This document shows, piece by piece, positions 22,877 through 34,900 of a stretch of 64,000 bases of DNA (positions within the stretch are counted from its first letter, which is position 1; each line of letters begins with the position of its first letter). Source of the DNA: Iphione sp. A-MEVVRFRX5 (Eukaryota). The stretch is taken from contig OZ320317.1 of assembly GCA_976226885.1 (NCBI GenBank), positions 2,170,001 to 2,234,000 on the forward strand, read 5' to 3'. Under the pieces are notes generated by a model. That model saw only the letters and a list, made by a program, of their open reading frames with translations, searched no databases and was not told the DNA's origin. Both the position numbers and the translations under genes were made by a program.

Positions 22877-25672
22877 ATGGGGGGAATTAAACTGGTTAGC
22901 TACAACATCAGGAGTATAGTGAAAAAGACAGATGATCTCTACTACAATCTGTGCTCTGACAAGGTGGACATAGTGTGTCTAACCGAGTCGTGGCTCACTA
23001 AGAGTCACAATGACGGTCTCATCAAGCTGCCTGGGTACACTACAGTCAGACAGGATAGGGGCGATAATGGGAAAAAGCGGGGAGGGGGTATTCTACTTTA
23101 TATAAGACAGGAAATAAAAGTGATAGAGACTAAGAACATCATGGAAATGGGGAACGCATGTTAAGGGCTATTTATCTCTCTAAAAGCAGGGATGAGGAAA
23201 CCCCTAAATTTGATTGTAATCTACCGCCCACCTTATGTCAGTCTACAAGATTGCTTAGCAACTATTAGGAAAGGTCTTAACTGCGTAACCAGGCTTTCCC
23301 GAAGGGATGTAGTTATCGTGGGTGACTTCAACTATAACTACACACAAAGTGGGGGATGTTCAGGGATGGGTATCAAGAGCTTATTAGGAAGTCTCGGATT
23401 TGTGCAGTTGATAAATCAGGCAACCATGGTAGACAACAATACGTGTCTGGACCATATATGGCTGAATCACCCGAGTAAGGGGCCATCTGGTGTGCTCAAC
23501 TGGCATCTGAGTGACCATCTGCCTACATTTGTGCAGCTAAAAAAAGGGACCTGTAAAGGTAAAACAGAATTTACCTGGGTACGTCCTTGGTCTAATATCG
23601 ACCTAGAGGACATCCTGACTGATCTGAATGTAGATGATCGTCACAAGCAGGGCCCCCCTGACTCAGCTTGGGACACATTTGTGGAAAAGCTGGAGGCAAC
23701 AATAAACGAGAGATGCCCATTAAAGAGAGTAGCGCGAAGAACTCGGTTTGGTGGATATCTCCCAGATTCGCAGACGAGGGAGCTATTCAAGAATTGGGAC
23801 TACTTCTTCGCCGTCTGGCGCGCTAGTCAGGATGAAGACAGCAGAAGGATTTATAAGTTCTATTGCAGGCTAATCAAACGGGTTGTGAAGCAATCGAAGC
23901 GTGACTGGTGGAACGGTCGCGTACGGGCTGCTGGAGAGGACCAGAAGAAATTATGGAAGGTAATCAATGATGCAATGGGTAGGAATCGGACAGGCCTGGT
24001 GATCCCCGACACGAATGTGGCAGGCTTTAGCACTGATGAGGAACTTGCAAATGGCTTCAATTCATTCTTCGTGAACGAGGTGTCGAGGCTTGCAAGGGAT
24101 CCGGTTGTTCACGAGCCTGGCATCCCTAGACATGAAGCCTTCGAGATAGAGCCACCGTCACCGACCACCTTGCGTCCGTTTGTGGCCAAACTGAAGACAG
24201 ACAAAGCATCAGGTGTTGGGTCAATACCGATGCGTGTCCTAAAACCCGTCCTACTTCAAAATCTCGACTTCCTCTCTCGGATCTATGGTTCCGTGATCGA
24301 CTCAGGTGTCTTCCCAGCCAACTGGAAAGTCGCGAGGGTTACACCGCTGCACAAAAGGGGTGACAAAAATGATCTTGGCAATTACCGACCGGTATCCATT
24401 ATACCGGTGGTAAGCAAGGTATTTGAATCATGGTACATTAAGATTCTAATGAAGGAAATGGAGAAAAGAGGCTTCATTTCTGAGAGGCAGCACGGGTTCA
24501 GGGCGGGCAGGTCAACCGAGACTGCGATATTCGAGATCTTCAAGTCTGTGGCTGAAGCGCACAACAAGGGACTATACACTTGCATTCTTGCATTTGATAT
24601 GCAGAAAGCTTTTGACCTGGCTCCTCATTCCATAATTTTGTGCTGTCTGGCTGAAGCCGGTATAGGTAGGGGAGTGAGGAAGCTCATGGAGAGCTATCTG
24701 TCAGACAGAATGCAATATGTGGCATGTAAGGATGCAAAGTCGGCGATGCTGCGTTTGGAACACGGAGTACCGCAGGGCTCAGTGGTCGGCCCAAGTGCCT
24801 TCAGCATCCTGATAGATAGCGTTGCGTCTTGTCTGCCAGATGGCTGCACAGCCACCTTATACACTGACGATATTAAGGTGTCTGTGGCAGCAAGAGACCT
24901 ATTGTGGCTTAGGGGCAGATCACAACGCTGTGTTGACGCAATTTCCAACTGGTGTGCAGATAATGGGCTCAGGTTGAGTGTAAAGAAATGCATGTATATG
25001 CCAATGAAGCGAGCCAAGGGGGTCGACCTGGACCTGTCGCTTGATGGAGATGTGCTAAGCAGAGTAAGATCGATGTCTCTGTTGGGATACTCCATCGATG
25101 ATGGCCTAACCTTCACATCTTGCCTGAAGCAAGTCAAACGCAAGATGTGGGCGGCCGCCGTGCAAGTGGGACGTGTGAAGAGTGTCATGCCGCTGGCAGT
25201 GCGCTGCAAATTAGCGAGATCGCTTGTACTACCTCACTTGGAGTATGCAGCATTGCTCTTCTTTGGGTGTTCCACCTCCTTGAAGATAAAGCTGCAGGTC
25301 CATCTCAACAACTGCATTCGTGTGTGTGTACAGTGCGGTCACTTTCTTTCAGCTAGGAAAATCAAGGACGATCTTGGGTTCGAACGCATGGAGGATATCA
25401 TAAATCAGCGGGGGCTAATAGCAGTACATAACCAACTAAGAGCCAGAGGACTGCAGATCTCTGGGAGGGGCAACACCAGAAGGAGCATGTCTCTCAATGG
25501 TAAATTGGTTAAGCCGAAATCAAGTTGGTTCGCAAGGAGTATCCTATATGAGAGGATCAGAAAGTGGAATTGTCTTCCAATTGCCATGAAGAATGCCCCT
25601 CTCTTGAACCGTGACAGGGTTCGTCAGCACCTAAGGGAAGCCGTGGATGGGGACAATGGAGACGTGCATTAA
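22877..25672 (+). pseudogene. LINE ORF2: APE endonuclease + reverse transcriptase, one nonsense codon
   Basis: Contains SYNIRS, LTESWL, DR..GGG, YRPP, GDFN, LSDH, QHGFR, FDMQKAFD, GVPQGSVVGP and YTDD. The tracked ORFs 22877-23164 and 23192-25672 share a frame and are separated only by TAA at 23162-23164. Confidence 0.95.
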
Positions 25673-26648
25673 AGGGCTGTTACTAAAACAGCAGTGGACC
25701 CGCGATGGTCGATCACGCCCTGGGTGGTTATCGGGTCGTGGCTGTAACAGAAGCCCAACTCCAGTAACAGGGGAGGGGTGACATTCTTAGCTTGGAGGGA
25801 CATTTGTGGGCGCTTACAGCTAGGTCACGTTACGTTTGAAGATGGGACTTGAGGGTACTGGGTAGCAAATAGGGTGCAGGGTTTCACAACACATATAGCT
25901 ATTATAAAGAGTGCGGTGTATCTGACGTAAGTGTGCCCAGCTGTGATATGATATATTTCTGTGATCCTCTATCATCAAGTCCTAAATCCTGTAATGACAT
26001 TGATAACTGATATGGGAAGATGTAGATCAAACTTTTAACCATACAGGAGATATATGTTTGTTTATCAAGCTCAGCATTTTTCTAGGTCAATATCCTAAGT
26101 AAATGTTCCCACCTGTGATATGACATATTATCTGTGATTTTCCATATGACACATTATCTGTGATTTTCGATCCCAAATTCTTAAATTTCGTAGAGATACT
26201 GTTAACCAAAGGTTATGACTATTGTCTAGCGGATAGTTCTTCCAGATGTTTTGAGTTTATGAATTGAGGTGTAATATATGTACCCTAGTGCATTAACTTA
26301 TGGTCGTACTGAGAGAAATGCGTGTATCAGGTATCTATACTTGTTTTTCATAGGCGATGTACTGATTGCTATAATCCTGTATAATCTCGAGTGTTCATTT
26401 GTTCTGGAACATGGAGAACTTGTCTTGTTGCTTTCTCAAGGACAATGTATTGACTACTATAGTCGTGTTTATTGTTATTACGAAGAGTTTGTCTAATATG
26501 TCTTTCTACAGATAATGTATTGATCACTGTAATTCATGTAAATGTTTGAGTGTTCATTTGTTCTTGTTAATCACGGAGAACTTTGTGCAATTGCGTGCGA
26601 TGACTTGATTAATAAGCAATCTTGAATCTTGAATCTTGAATCTTGAAT

Positions 26649-26868
26649 CTTCATCCCCCACTTGCATGGCTTCTTGGGGAAATATTGTTTGAAGTGTATT
26701 CTACCTTTAAAAGGTATCATACTCTCATCTACAACAATTTCTGGATGGTATAGCTTGGTAGTGAGTTTGTTGAGATGATTGAATATCCATCCCATGCGTT
26801 GCGCTGGGCCAGTTGGTTGCGTGGTGTCTCCAGCGTCATCGTCAGTCGCAACGTCAAAGTGAAGGTAC
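26649..26868 (-). pseudogene. piggyBac transposase middle exon
   Basis: Acceptor ttactatag|G at 26869. Reads YLHF..VVDESMIPFKGRIHFKQYFPKKPCKWGMK, containing the first catalytic Asp. Confidence 0.9.
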
Positions 26869-27002
26869 CTATAGTAAATAAATGAGAATTAATTCATTAA
26901 GATACCATGGATTCTTGTGGTTGTCACATAGAAAATTACATAAATTCATATTTTCTGTCCACACCAAAATAAATAAGAAAAATAACTGATTTTAACCCCT
27001 AC

Positions 27003-27624
27003 CTCAAAATCTGCGTGAATCTGTCCCGTTTCATTGTCTGTTCGAAGGATGGTGTCAGGATGGCCTTTATGGTAGTCCAGTATGCCTTGATAATAGGCTT
27101 CTTCATCAAACCCATGATGAAGGCTAGTCCTATGAATTGCTTTAGTTCCTCTAGAGAAACAGGCCTCCACTTCATCTTGTGCTGGTCCGGTAGCTTTGCT
27201 CTGATATCATGGGCGAATTGGTTCGTCCTCTCCATTATGGCTGTAAGAAAGGGGAGGGTCAGAAACAGATTGAAGAAATATGTGGTCTCTTGGTCACCTC
27301 CAGATCAATGTCCTCATCCAGTCCTATGGGCTCATCAAAGCTTGGCATAGGTTTTTCTTCACCAGACTTCACTCTTGACCATTTTCTTCCAAGTGGGGTG
27401 GTTTCTTCTCTCAGATCCTCCAGGGGAACATCACTGAGGCCAGAAGAACCACTATCACTCCCATCATCACTCTCATCGGTATCATGGTAAAATAGATCCA
27501 TGTCAGCTTCCGAATCATCAGAGACTCCATCACCACCACCACCAAGCGCTCTAAGAGAAATAAGAGGTAATTCCTCTTCCCAGTCCTCCTCCAAGTCAGA
27601 GAAATCAGGATCGTTGGAAGCCAT
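27003..27624 (-). pseudogene. piggyBac transposase first exon, one frameshift
   Basis: An acidic N-terminus is followed, after a frameshift near 27300, by YFFNLFL..IMERTNQFA..ELKQFIGL..YW..MKRDRF. Donor TTGAG|gtaggg at 27002. Confidence 0.85.
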
Positions 27625-28799
27625 TGTACACAGGTCGACACCTCCCCTCTTGTCATCAAGTATACAATGACACCCTATATTGAAAGGGAAGGACTAAATA
27701 CAGATATTGAAATATTTTTATTTATTTTTTTCTCTTATTATTATACTCAATTTTAGACAATATATTTTCCTACATTCTGTGAAAATTTGGTTATGATCGA
27801 GTAATTATTTAGTATTAATTTAATGTATTTTTATCAGTTAGTGCATTTAATGCCTTATGGCAATATGCGGCCTCTCCCCAGGAATGCTTTTTCGCCATAT
27901 GCAGTAACGCCCCGGGAGTGCCTTTAGACCATATGCGCCGTCAAAGGGTTAAATCATCTTAACTAGAAATCATCATTCTTTAACCACTTATATTCCCAAT
28001 GGAATTCTTGCAAATCTTATTTGCCTCTCCGGGGCACTGCACAGTATTTCTGCAAAGGACAAGAGAGGACAGGAAATAACATGATCCTTTCTCTCTTTTC
28101 CAGAGTTCCTCATGGCACTCAATGTCCTCTCAGGTTATAGGGGGACTGCTGGAAAATCTTCAAGAAGCAATTGTCTAATTGCCGTACTGTCATGGAGCCA
28201 CATCCACCAATCAAAATGTAACAGGCATACTTTTGCTAAAGTGACATACAATGTTCAGAACTTTGAAAAAGGTTTCTAGTCACAGTATTAATGTACTGCA
28301 CTTTCTCATATACTTTGAGAAACAAATACAAAAGCCACACTATGTTGTTAATGAAAATGTCTATACATTTGCATAGCCACATAATGATATTTGTTGTTCT
28401 CATATGGTCATGTGTGTGTGACAGTGTCACTTGAATCTTGTCTGCACAGATTGGTTACATACGTCATTTGACAAAATAGCATAACATGATTTGTTATGGA
28501 AGACTATGATTGACAGATATTGTGACCATAAAACATGTTGTCCTGTCATGCAGTGAGGTGTCACTTGGGTTACGCAATTAACGATGGCATTGAGTGAAAG
28601 GTGTGGTGGTTTAAGTTGCTTGGGCCTCATCCCAGCCCAAGGCAAAAGCAAATTAAACCACCCACATTTCATGAAATAAAATCATTAATTGAAGTTCTGA
28701 TATTGTATATATTAAGAGGGAAATACCTTTTGTAGGCCTTAGGAAGTTAATTATTCTTCTATTTTCACTTGCATCCAGAATGTTTACAAAGTGCGCCAT

Positions 28800-31700
28800 T
28801 TTCAACTAATGTGTGCATCTAGAACAAGCGTTTGCTTTTGTTGTTGCAATCCCACTTCTACCTTGTCAGCCAATGAGAGTCCACCACCCAGAATTTATTG
28901 GTTTGACTATACACGTTTCCTCCGCCATGTTATAGGTGTGGCTCTGCCCAATAAACGATGTACTAAGCATCCACTGAGAATGAAAATATGAAGGTTGGGA
29001 CAGCTTTTTCATGCCTGTAACTTAGTCTCAGGTTTAAGAGACATCATTGGGACATTGAAAGGGTTTTTCACTGCCAACCATATTAGAACCTATGCTCCAC
29101 GTTGTCCTTGTGCTGGTCATGAATTAAGCCATCAGCTTAATGAAACCCACTAGGGTATCCTGCAGACTACATTCCAGCTTAATATTAGTGACATTACTTA
29201 CGATGCCTTCGAGTAACAGGTCCTTCTTCTCTAGAACAGAATGGTATGCATGAGGGTGGGTAGACATGGATAGGATGGACATGAGGTTGTTTTTTTTCAG
29301 TATTGGTGAAACCGACTGCATCTTCACTCAAAATGGTATTAGGTTACTGGTAGTTTCAACATTTATTACAAGTTTGGGGAAAATAAGTACCTGAGGATAG
29401 CTGAAAGACCTCCTGCCGACTCTCACTACTGCAGTTGTAATAGTACTTGTAATTTGTTTATTGTCATACGATCCTTCTACAAGAACAATGCTTTTCAGGA
29501 ATGACACATTATGCTTGTCAATTACACTTTTTTGGTTGTAAAAGGGATTTACTACTGTTCAATTATTTATGAACTTTATACATAAATACATGGGATTATC
29601 AGACACAATGTTATTGTTCTTACATGAGTACTTAACTCTTATCCCTTGTACTTTTCTTCAGTGAGGATATTCCAACTGATTTGTTGCATGCCGTTTTTGA
29701 AGATCTGCGACAATTTTTGTTAACCAATACCCCAAAAGGCAATATGTTACTGATGTGGTATGATGAGTTTGTTGAATAGCAATATTTCAATATTAAAGGG
29801 TAGGTACCTCTTTAATTTACTCAGGTTATATATCATGCCCGTAGCTAAGGGGGAATCAGGGGTATTGTCCGATATTCCCCAGAAAACTTCCTGGCTACAG
29901 GCTTGTATACACATAACATAATTCTACATTTTTGTTTGTCCAATACTTGACCTGTAAGACAGTACCTGATAAATAATGTACCCCAGATAAATAATGTACC
30001 TGATAAATAATGTACATGATAAATAATGTACTCAAGATAAATAATGTACCCCATTCATTATGTTTCATGTTCTGTGACTGTAGAGTTTTATTAAAAGTAA
30101 TAATCTTTCTTGTGCTGTCCTTGTTGTACAAGAGGACATATTTGATTTTGTCAAAATTTAGAATAAGGCCATTATTTCTGCACCATCTAACCATATGCAA
30201 CAGGCTTTTTGATCAAGTCCATCCCTATCATTCCCATGTACCACAAGGGTGATATCACATGCATGGTCGTAGGGGGTATGTCCGGTGGCATATCTTCTGG
30301 CAAACAGTTGATAACTATATGGGCAGCCAATGGCCCTATTGGGAAGCCTTGTGGTACCCCAATTGATCATATCCTACATGATGATTGTTCTCAACCCAGT
30401 CACACATACTGTTGTCTGTTTAAGAAGTAGCTTTGCATCAGGCTCAAATATATTCTTCATCCACCCGAATATTCTGCAGTGTTCTTAGGAATAAGTCACA
30501 ATTAAGTATATTGAAGGTTTTGCTCAGATCTAGGGCTAGTATGGCACCCTTTTTTCCTTGCTCAATGCCCTTATTCATATTCATTACTATTGAGGCTGTT
30601 GCTGTATTTGTAGAGAGTTTTGGAGTGAAACCATGCTGTGTATTGGACCAGCATTGAATAGACAATAATCCATGTAATTCAATAATTCATGTAATTTCTT
30701 ACAAAGAATTGTTTCAAATATTTTACATGGCATTGGCAGACAGTTCCCTGAATGATGTGTGCTCCCTGATTTGAATACTGGGCTTAGTTTTCTTATGTTC
30801 CATTCATCCACATACTCTCCCTACTTTATTATGCTATCAAATAGATTCCCAAATCATCTCATCTAATTAGGAAGGCATCAATAAGTATCCTACTGGTGTT
30901 GATATCTACGTTTGATGACTTTGAGCTATTCATACCGTTGATTACATTCAAAAGTCCTCAAAGTTGAAGTTGGTTACACTTGGGCTTGTAACACAGAGTG
31001 TACACCATACCAGTAGGTTCGATATCAGCCTTTATTTTTCTTCAGTAGTGGTACAGCAAGTCAGCACTCTTCAATATTAAGGCGGGTGAGTCCAACAAGA
31101 GAGTTAGAAAAACTCCCTTTTATAATCAATTCCCTTAAATGCTACTGCATAACATGTCACATGAGCCAGACATAGTTGTTAATTACATGTCAACTACACA
31201 ACAGGTACCTTAGGTCTTAGATGTCATGACATCACAGGTGTCAAGCATCCAGTGTCTCGTAAAGGCTCACTGATAACAATTACATGGTTCACAGCTAAAC
31301 TTGACATGAAATACAATCACTTTACACTGTTTTACAGGAACAGTTTCTGGCACAAAATGAACACGAGTACTTGAATGAAAAATTTATATGCGCACTTAGT
31401 AGTACTTTCCAACTGTTCACTATACAACACAGTACATTTGAGTGCATAATTCCTAATGATACATGTTCTCATTATCAGTACTGTGTTACAGGCTCCCTGT
31501 TTCCAAGCATCTTTCTGGTAATTGTTGATTTGGGATCGACACAGAGAGTTTGGCTACTCTGGCTATATAGGTCTCATTAAGTAATACTGCTGCTTCTCTG
31601 CCCATTACTGTAGCATTGTCCTTGGATAATTCTAAGTTATGATTAAATCGTTTGCTAACTAGTAATGTGTTAATATAGCTCTGCCATTTTTTTTACTGTT

Positions 31701-32400
31701 CTATATGTTAGCCTCAGTCTGGTATTGTACATTCACTTCAATTCAACGCTTAATGTCTTAATAAGTTCATCAGGAAATGAGAATATTACTCAAGCATCCG
31801 TATATTTCTCAGTTTTTGATTTGTCTAAGAAATACTTTCTATCTTTAATTAAATACCTTCTATCTTTGATTAAATCCTTCAGAACCTTTGATAACGGTAC
31901 CCAGCGTTATTTGCCCTGCGTTTTATGCTTTCTCCCAGTCGGCACCACTGCGTCTGCTATGTTTTTTCATTTGTGTTGCTAGGGGACCCTGTTGGGCTAT
32001 CCTGGAAAAGATTGTTATCATCACAGGACTGTTTCATGGCCAAATATTAGTCATTTTCCATGTCTCTTTTGAATACACATCATTTTTTATTTTGTTTTTG
32101 ATCTTACCTGTTTTGTGCAGATCCGTCATTGCAGAATGGTCACTTGGACATTTATATAACATCTTGGTTCAACATTTGGCACTTCCTGATAATGGGATCA
32201 GCTCGAGTTTTTTTTCAAGTATGTATTGTTATATCATGTATGAGTTGTATTGGCCTGTAAGTAGCAGTACATGTTTGCAGCCTCTGTCTCTTTTAGAATT
32301 ATCTGTCAACCAGTCATCACTGAAGTCACCCCAGGTGGTGGTAGTTGGTTATCTATATAAGACACCAGAGGGCAAGAGGTATTTATAGAGCCCCTGCGAC
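28800..32400 (-). mobile_element. Old, fragmented LINE (EN to RT C-terminus) with internal insertions
   Basis: Pieces in the expected order on the minus strand: PSDH (about 32140), QHGF..LALDLSK (30444-30665), GVPQGFPIGP (about 30360-30330) and WCRNNGLILN (about 30190), plus C-terminal remnants at 28800-29350. Confidence 0.7.
29962..30052. repeat. Minisatellite, five 16-18 bp units (gtac..gataaataat)
   Basis: Seen directly. Confidence 0.9.
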
Positions 32401-32759
32401 ATAGTTGCTATTCATTTAGCCACTGCCGCTTCCCTGACACCATCTTGCTGTCATTTAGCTCTGGATGACAGCAAATGATGCAGTCTAATACTCATGTTGC
32501 ATAGCACAGAGAGTTGCCCATAATGTATGCTGGCACAATTTCTTTTCATCAAACAAATCTACTAGGAATACTAGCCAGTCATCCAGGAGTTCGTGGATTG
32601 ACCAGGCTAATTCTGAGGTGTCAAGCAAGATTCAGTAATGAAGCTGCTTAGTTATGTGTTGATGGTGACCTAAAATTCAACAAGGCACTGAAATCTCTCA
32701 AGAAAAACTTGTAGAGTGCGATCTGTATAGGGAGAGTAAAGAAGTTCCTACTGCTAAAT

Positions 32760-33240
32760 GCCCGCCCGCACCTTTTTAAGGCATTAGTGATGTTGCACGT
32801 GCATTATCATGCGGTGACTCAGTTCAGTTTGGGGGCCTCCAAGCTGGTAGATTTGCAGGTACATGTGAATAGGTGCTTTCGTGTGGCTGTACAGGTTGGG
32901 TCTTTCATCTCGAGCAGAGTGATGGTGGATCGTCTTGGTGTTTGTAGAGTGGGTAACATCATCCAGGTGAGGGGTCTAAGAGCAATTCACCAGCAGGTAC
33001 ATCTTCGTCTAATGAAATTGGCCCCGGTGACTAATACCAGGCTGGGTAGGACCCTTCAATGTGCCCTTCCCAAGGCAAATTTGTGTAGATTTGCAAGATC
33101 TCTTCGCTTCAAGGGTAGAGGTGCTTGGAATTGGTTGCCTGCTGCTGTGCGTGAAAATCCTGTCTTCCCCAAGGCAGCGGTGGCGGACAAATTATTGTCT
33201 CGGGCATCTCACTGAATGTAATCAAAGGTCTGCTCTGACT
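32760..33240 (+). mobile_element. 5'-truncated LINE ORF2 C-terminus related to the LINE at 20011-26648
   Basis: LQVHVNRCFRVAVQVGSFISSR..FARSL..WNWLP aligns by eye with LQVHLNNCIRVCVQCGHFLSAR..FARSI..WNCLP of that LINE. Confidence 0.8.
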
Positions 33241-33899
33241 TGAAGATTGTAAGGTGATACCAGGAACTAGGTGTGTTGTTGGCCAGTTTGAGGAATGTAT
33301 ATGTTTGGTGAGTGATGACTTTGTGTGCATCTGTAAGTTGGAGTTAAGATTGAGGCTGTGTGTGAGTGCAGTTGCTCTGTGTCTGCTAGATTATGATACA
33401 TGTTAAGAGTACTGTGGGATTGTGAGTTGTGGAGATGCAGTGTATGGCTTAATGATGCTATGATGTGGCAGTGTTTGAGAGTTGCTATGTGTGATCATGA
33501 GCCCGTTTCGCTGCTTGGTGACTTTCAGATCAGTTGGCCCACTAGCAATGTAGATGCTGTGGAATTGTCACAACAAGCATGGCATGATGACACTACCTCA
33601 ATCGCATAATTCAAGATGTACAGAGTGATAGAAGACTATGGGTTATTAAGGGTCATGGTAGCAACATCCATATTAAATACTTCCTGATCACATGTTGCAG
33701 GCTGTGCAGCTGACGAGACAGTCCGAAGATATAACTACTACTCAGTGTGTTATATGAATCTTTTGAGTGTGATATATGTATTTTGATGCAGATATTTGCT
33801 TCACATGTCGAGTTAGTATTCACTTCTTTATGTATACCTGTATTCTTCAAGACACTTGAGCTCAGTGTTGGTCTGTGACAAATTGTACCTGACGTGTGA

Positions 33900-34900
33900 T
33901 TTTTTGAACTACTTACCATATGTTATATTAGTCTTGGAAAGCTTACTGTACGTGATAAGATTAATAAGGACTTTGACTGTGACTTTGAATTCCTAGGTGC
34001 TCATTAGACTGTTCAGCCACTGCATTATGTAGCATTATATGTCTGTCCATCCCATCCTGATTCAGGGCCACTGAGCCCTGCAGTATGATGCCCATGATCG
34101 GAAGAAGCACTACTCTCACTCCTTTGGCCGATGGCAATTCCTGTTTGATGGACATATACAGTAAACTCCTGCTTAAGAGCCCACCTTGGACTGAAGGAAT
34201 GTGGTCTCCCCTGTGATCTGGTCTCCCCTGAGGCCTGGTCTTTAGGTGAGATGTCACTGTAGTATGTCAAGTCATGTAAAGTGCAAGGTATGCAGTGTGT
34301 GTAACATCCACCTCATGCTGGGGAGTTTCTAGTAGGGTATGTATATCTAACCTCTGACATACGCACCTTCATACGGATGCACAATATGTGAGGTGCTAGA
34401 TAAGCGCCAATGTTGAGTATTGTAGCCCTGAGCTACACATGCTGACCCATGCACCACACAATCCATAAACATCAGTTCGCTTAGAGTGTATGAGGTTTCC
34501 ATCATATGGCAAGCAAACAGCTAGGCATGAGTCCAACAACCTGAGATACTAGCCAATTCCATTGACTAGTAAGGTAAATTATCAGATGTTCTGGTATTGT
34601 ATGAGGGGTTGCATCAGTGCGGTCCCTCCTAGTATGTACCCATGATGGTTGCCGCCAAGCTTAACTGTCTGCCATATGTTCTCCCCACTCCCAATTGTCA
34701 TGCCATGTGTTGATGTATTTATTTCCTGTAGCGAGCAACAATTCAATGTAGTATTTATTTTTTCTGCCAACATCTGTAATCTCTTTCGCCCCCATGGCTC
34801 ACTTTCTTGTAGGTTTTTTGCCAACCCTACGGTGTTCAGTGGATTTGGGACAGTTGTAACACTGTTCAGTTGACGTGAAAACTGTTCCTGCATGTTGAAA
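33900..34900 (-). mobile_element. Possible decayed DIRS/Ngaro-type RT region
   Basis: VTTVPNPLN..L..LQ...HGMTIGS..N resembles the Ngaro RT N-terminal pattern (TPL..L..L..GF.IG..N). Weak. Confidence 0.3.

Larger units (their letters stand above)
20011..26648 (+). mobile_element. Full-length LINE (CR1/L2-like) with three ORFs
   Basis: Short 5'UTR, ORF1, a middle ORF, EN-RT ORF2, a 3'UTR of about 950 nt and a (TTGAATC)4 tail at 26622-26649. Boundaries are defined by restoring the piggyBac reading frame. Confidence 0.9.
18466..27948 (-). mobile_element. piggyBac DNA transposon interrupted by a LINE
   Basis: 13-bp perfect TIRs CCCTTTGACGGCG (18466-18478 and 27936-27948) are flanked by TTAA at 18462-18465 and 27949-27952. 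Transposase pieces lie on the minus strand. Confidence 0.95.

Noticed and set aside
24694-25209. 171-aa minus-strand ORF, and other ORFs antisense to RT genes
   Set aside because: These are shadows of the coding strand of LINE ORF2.
29962-30052. CRISPR-like appearance of short repeats
   Set aside because: The units are directly adjacent with no unique spacers, there are no cas genes, and the context is eukaryotic.
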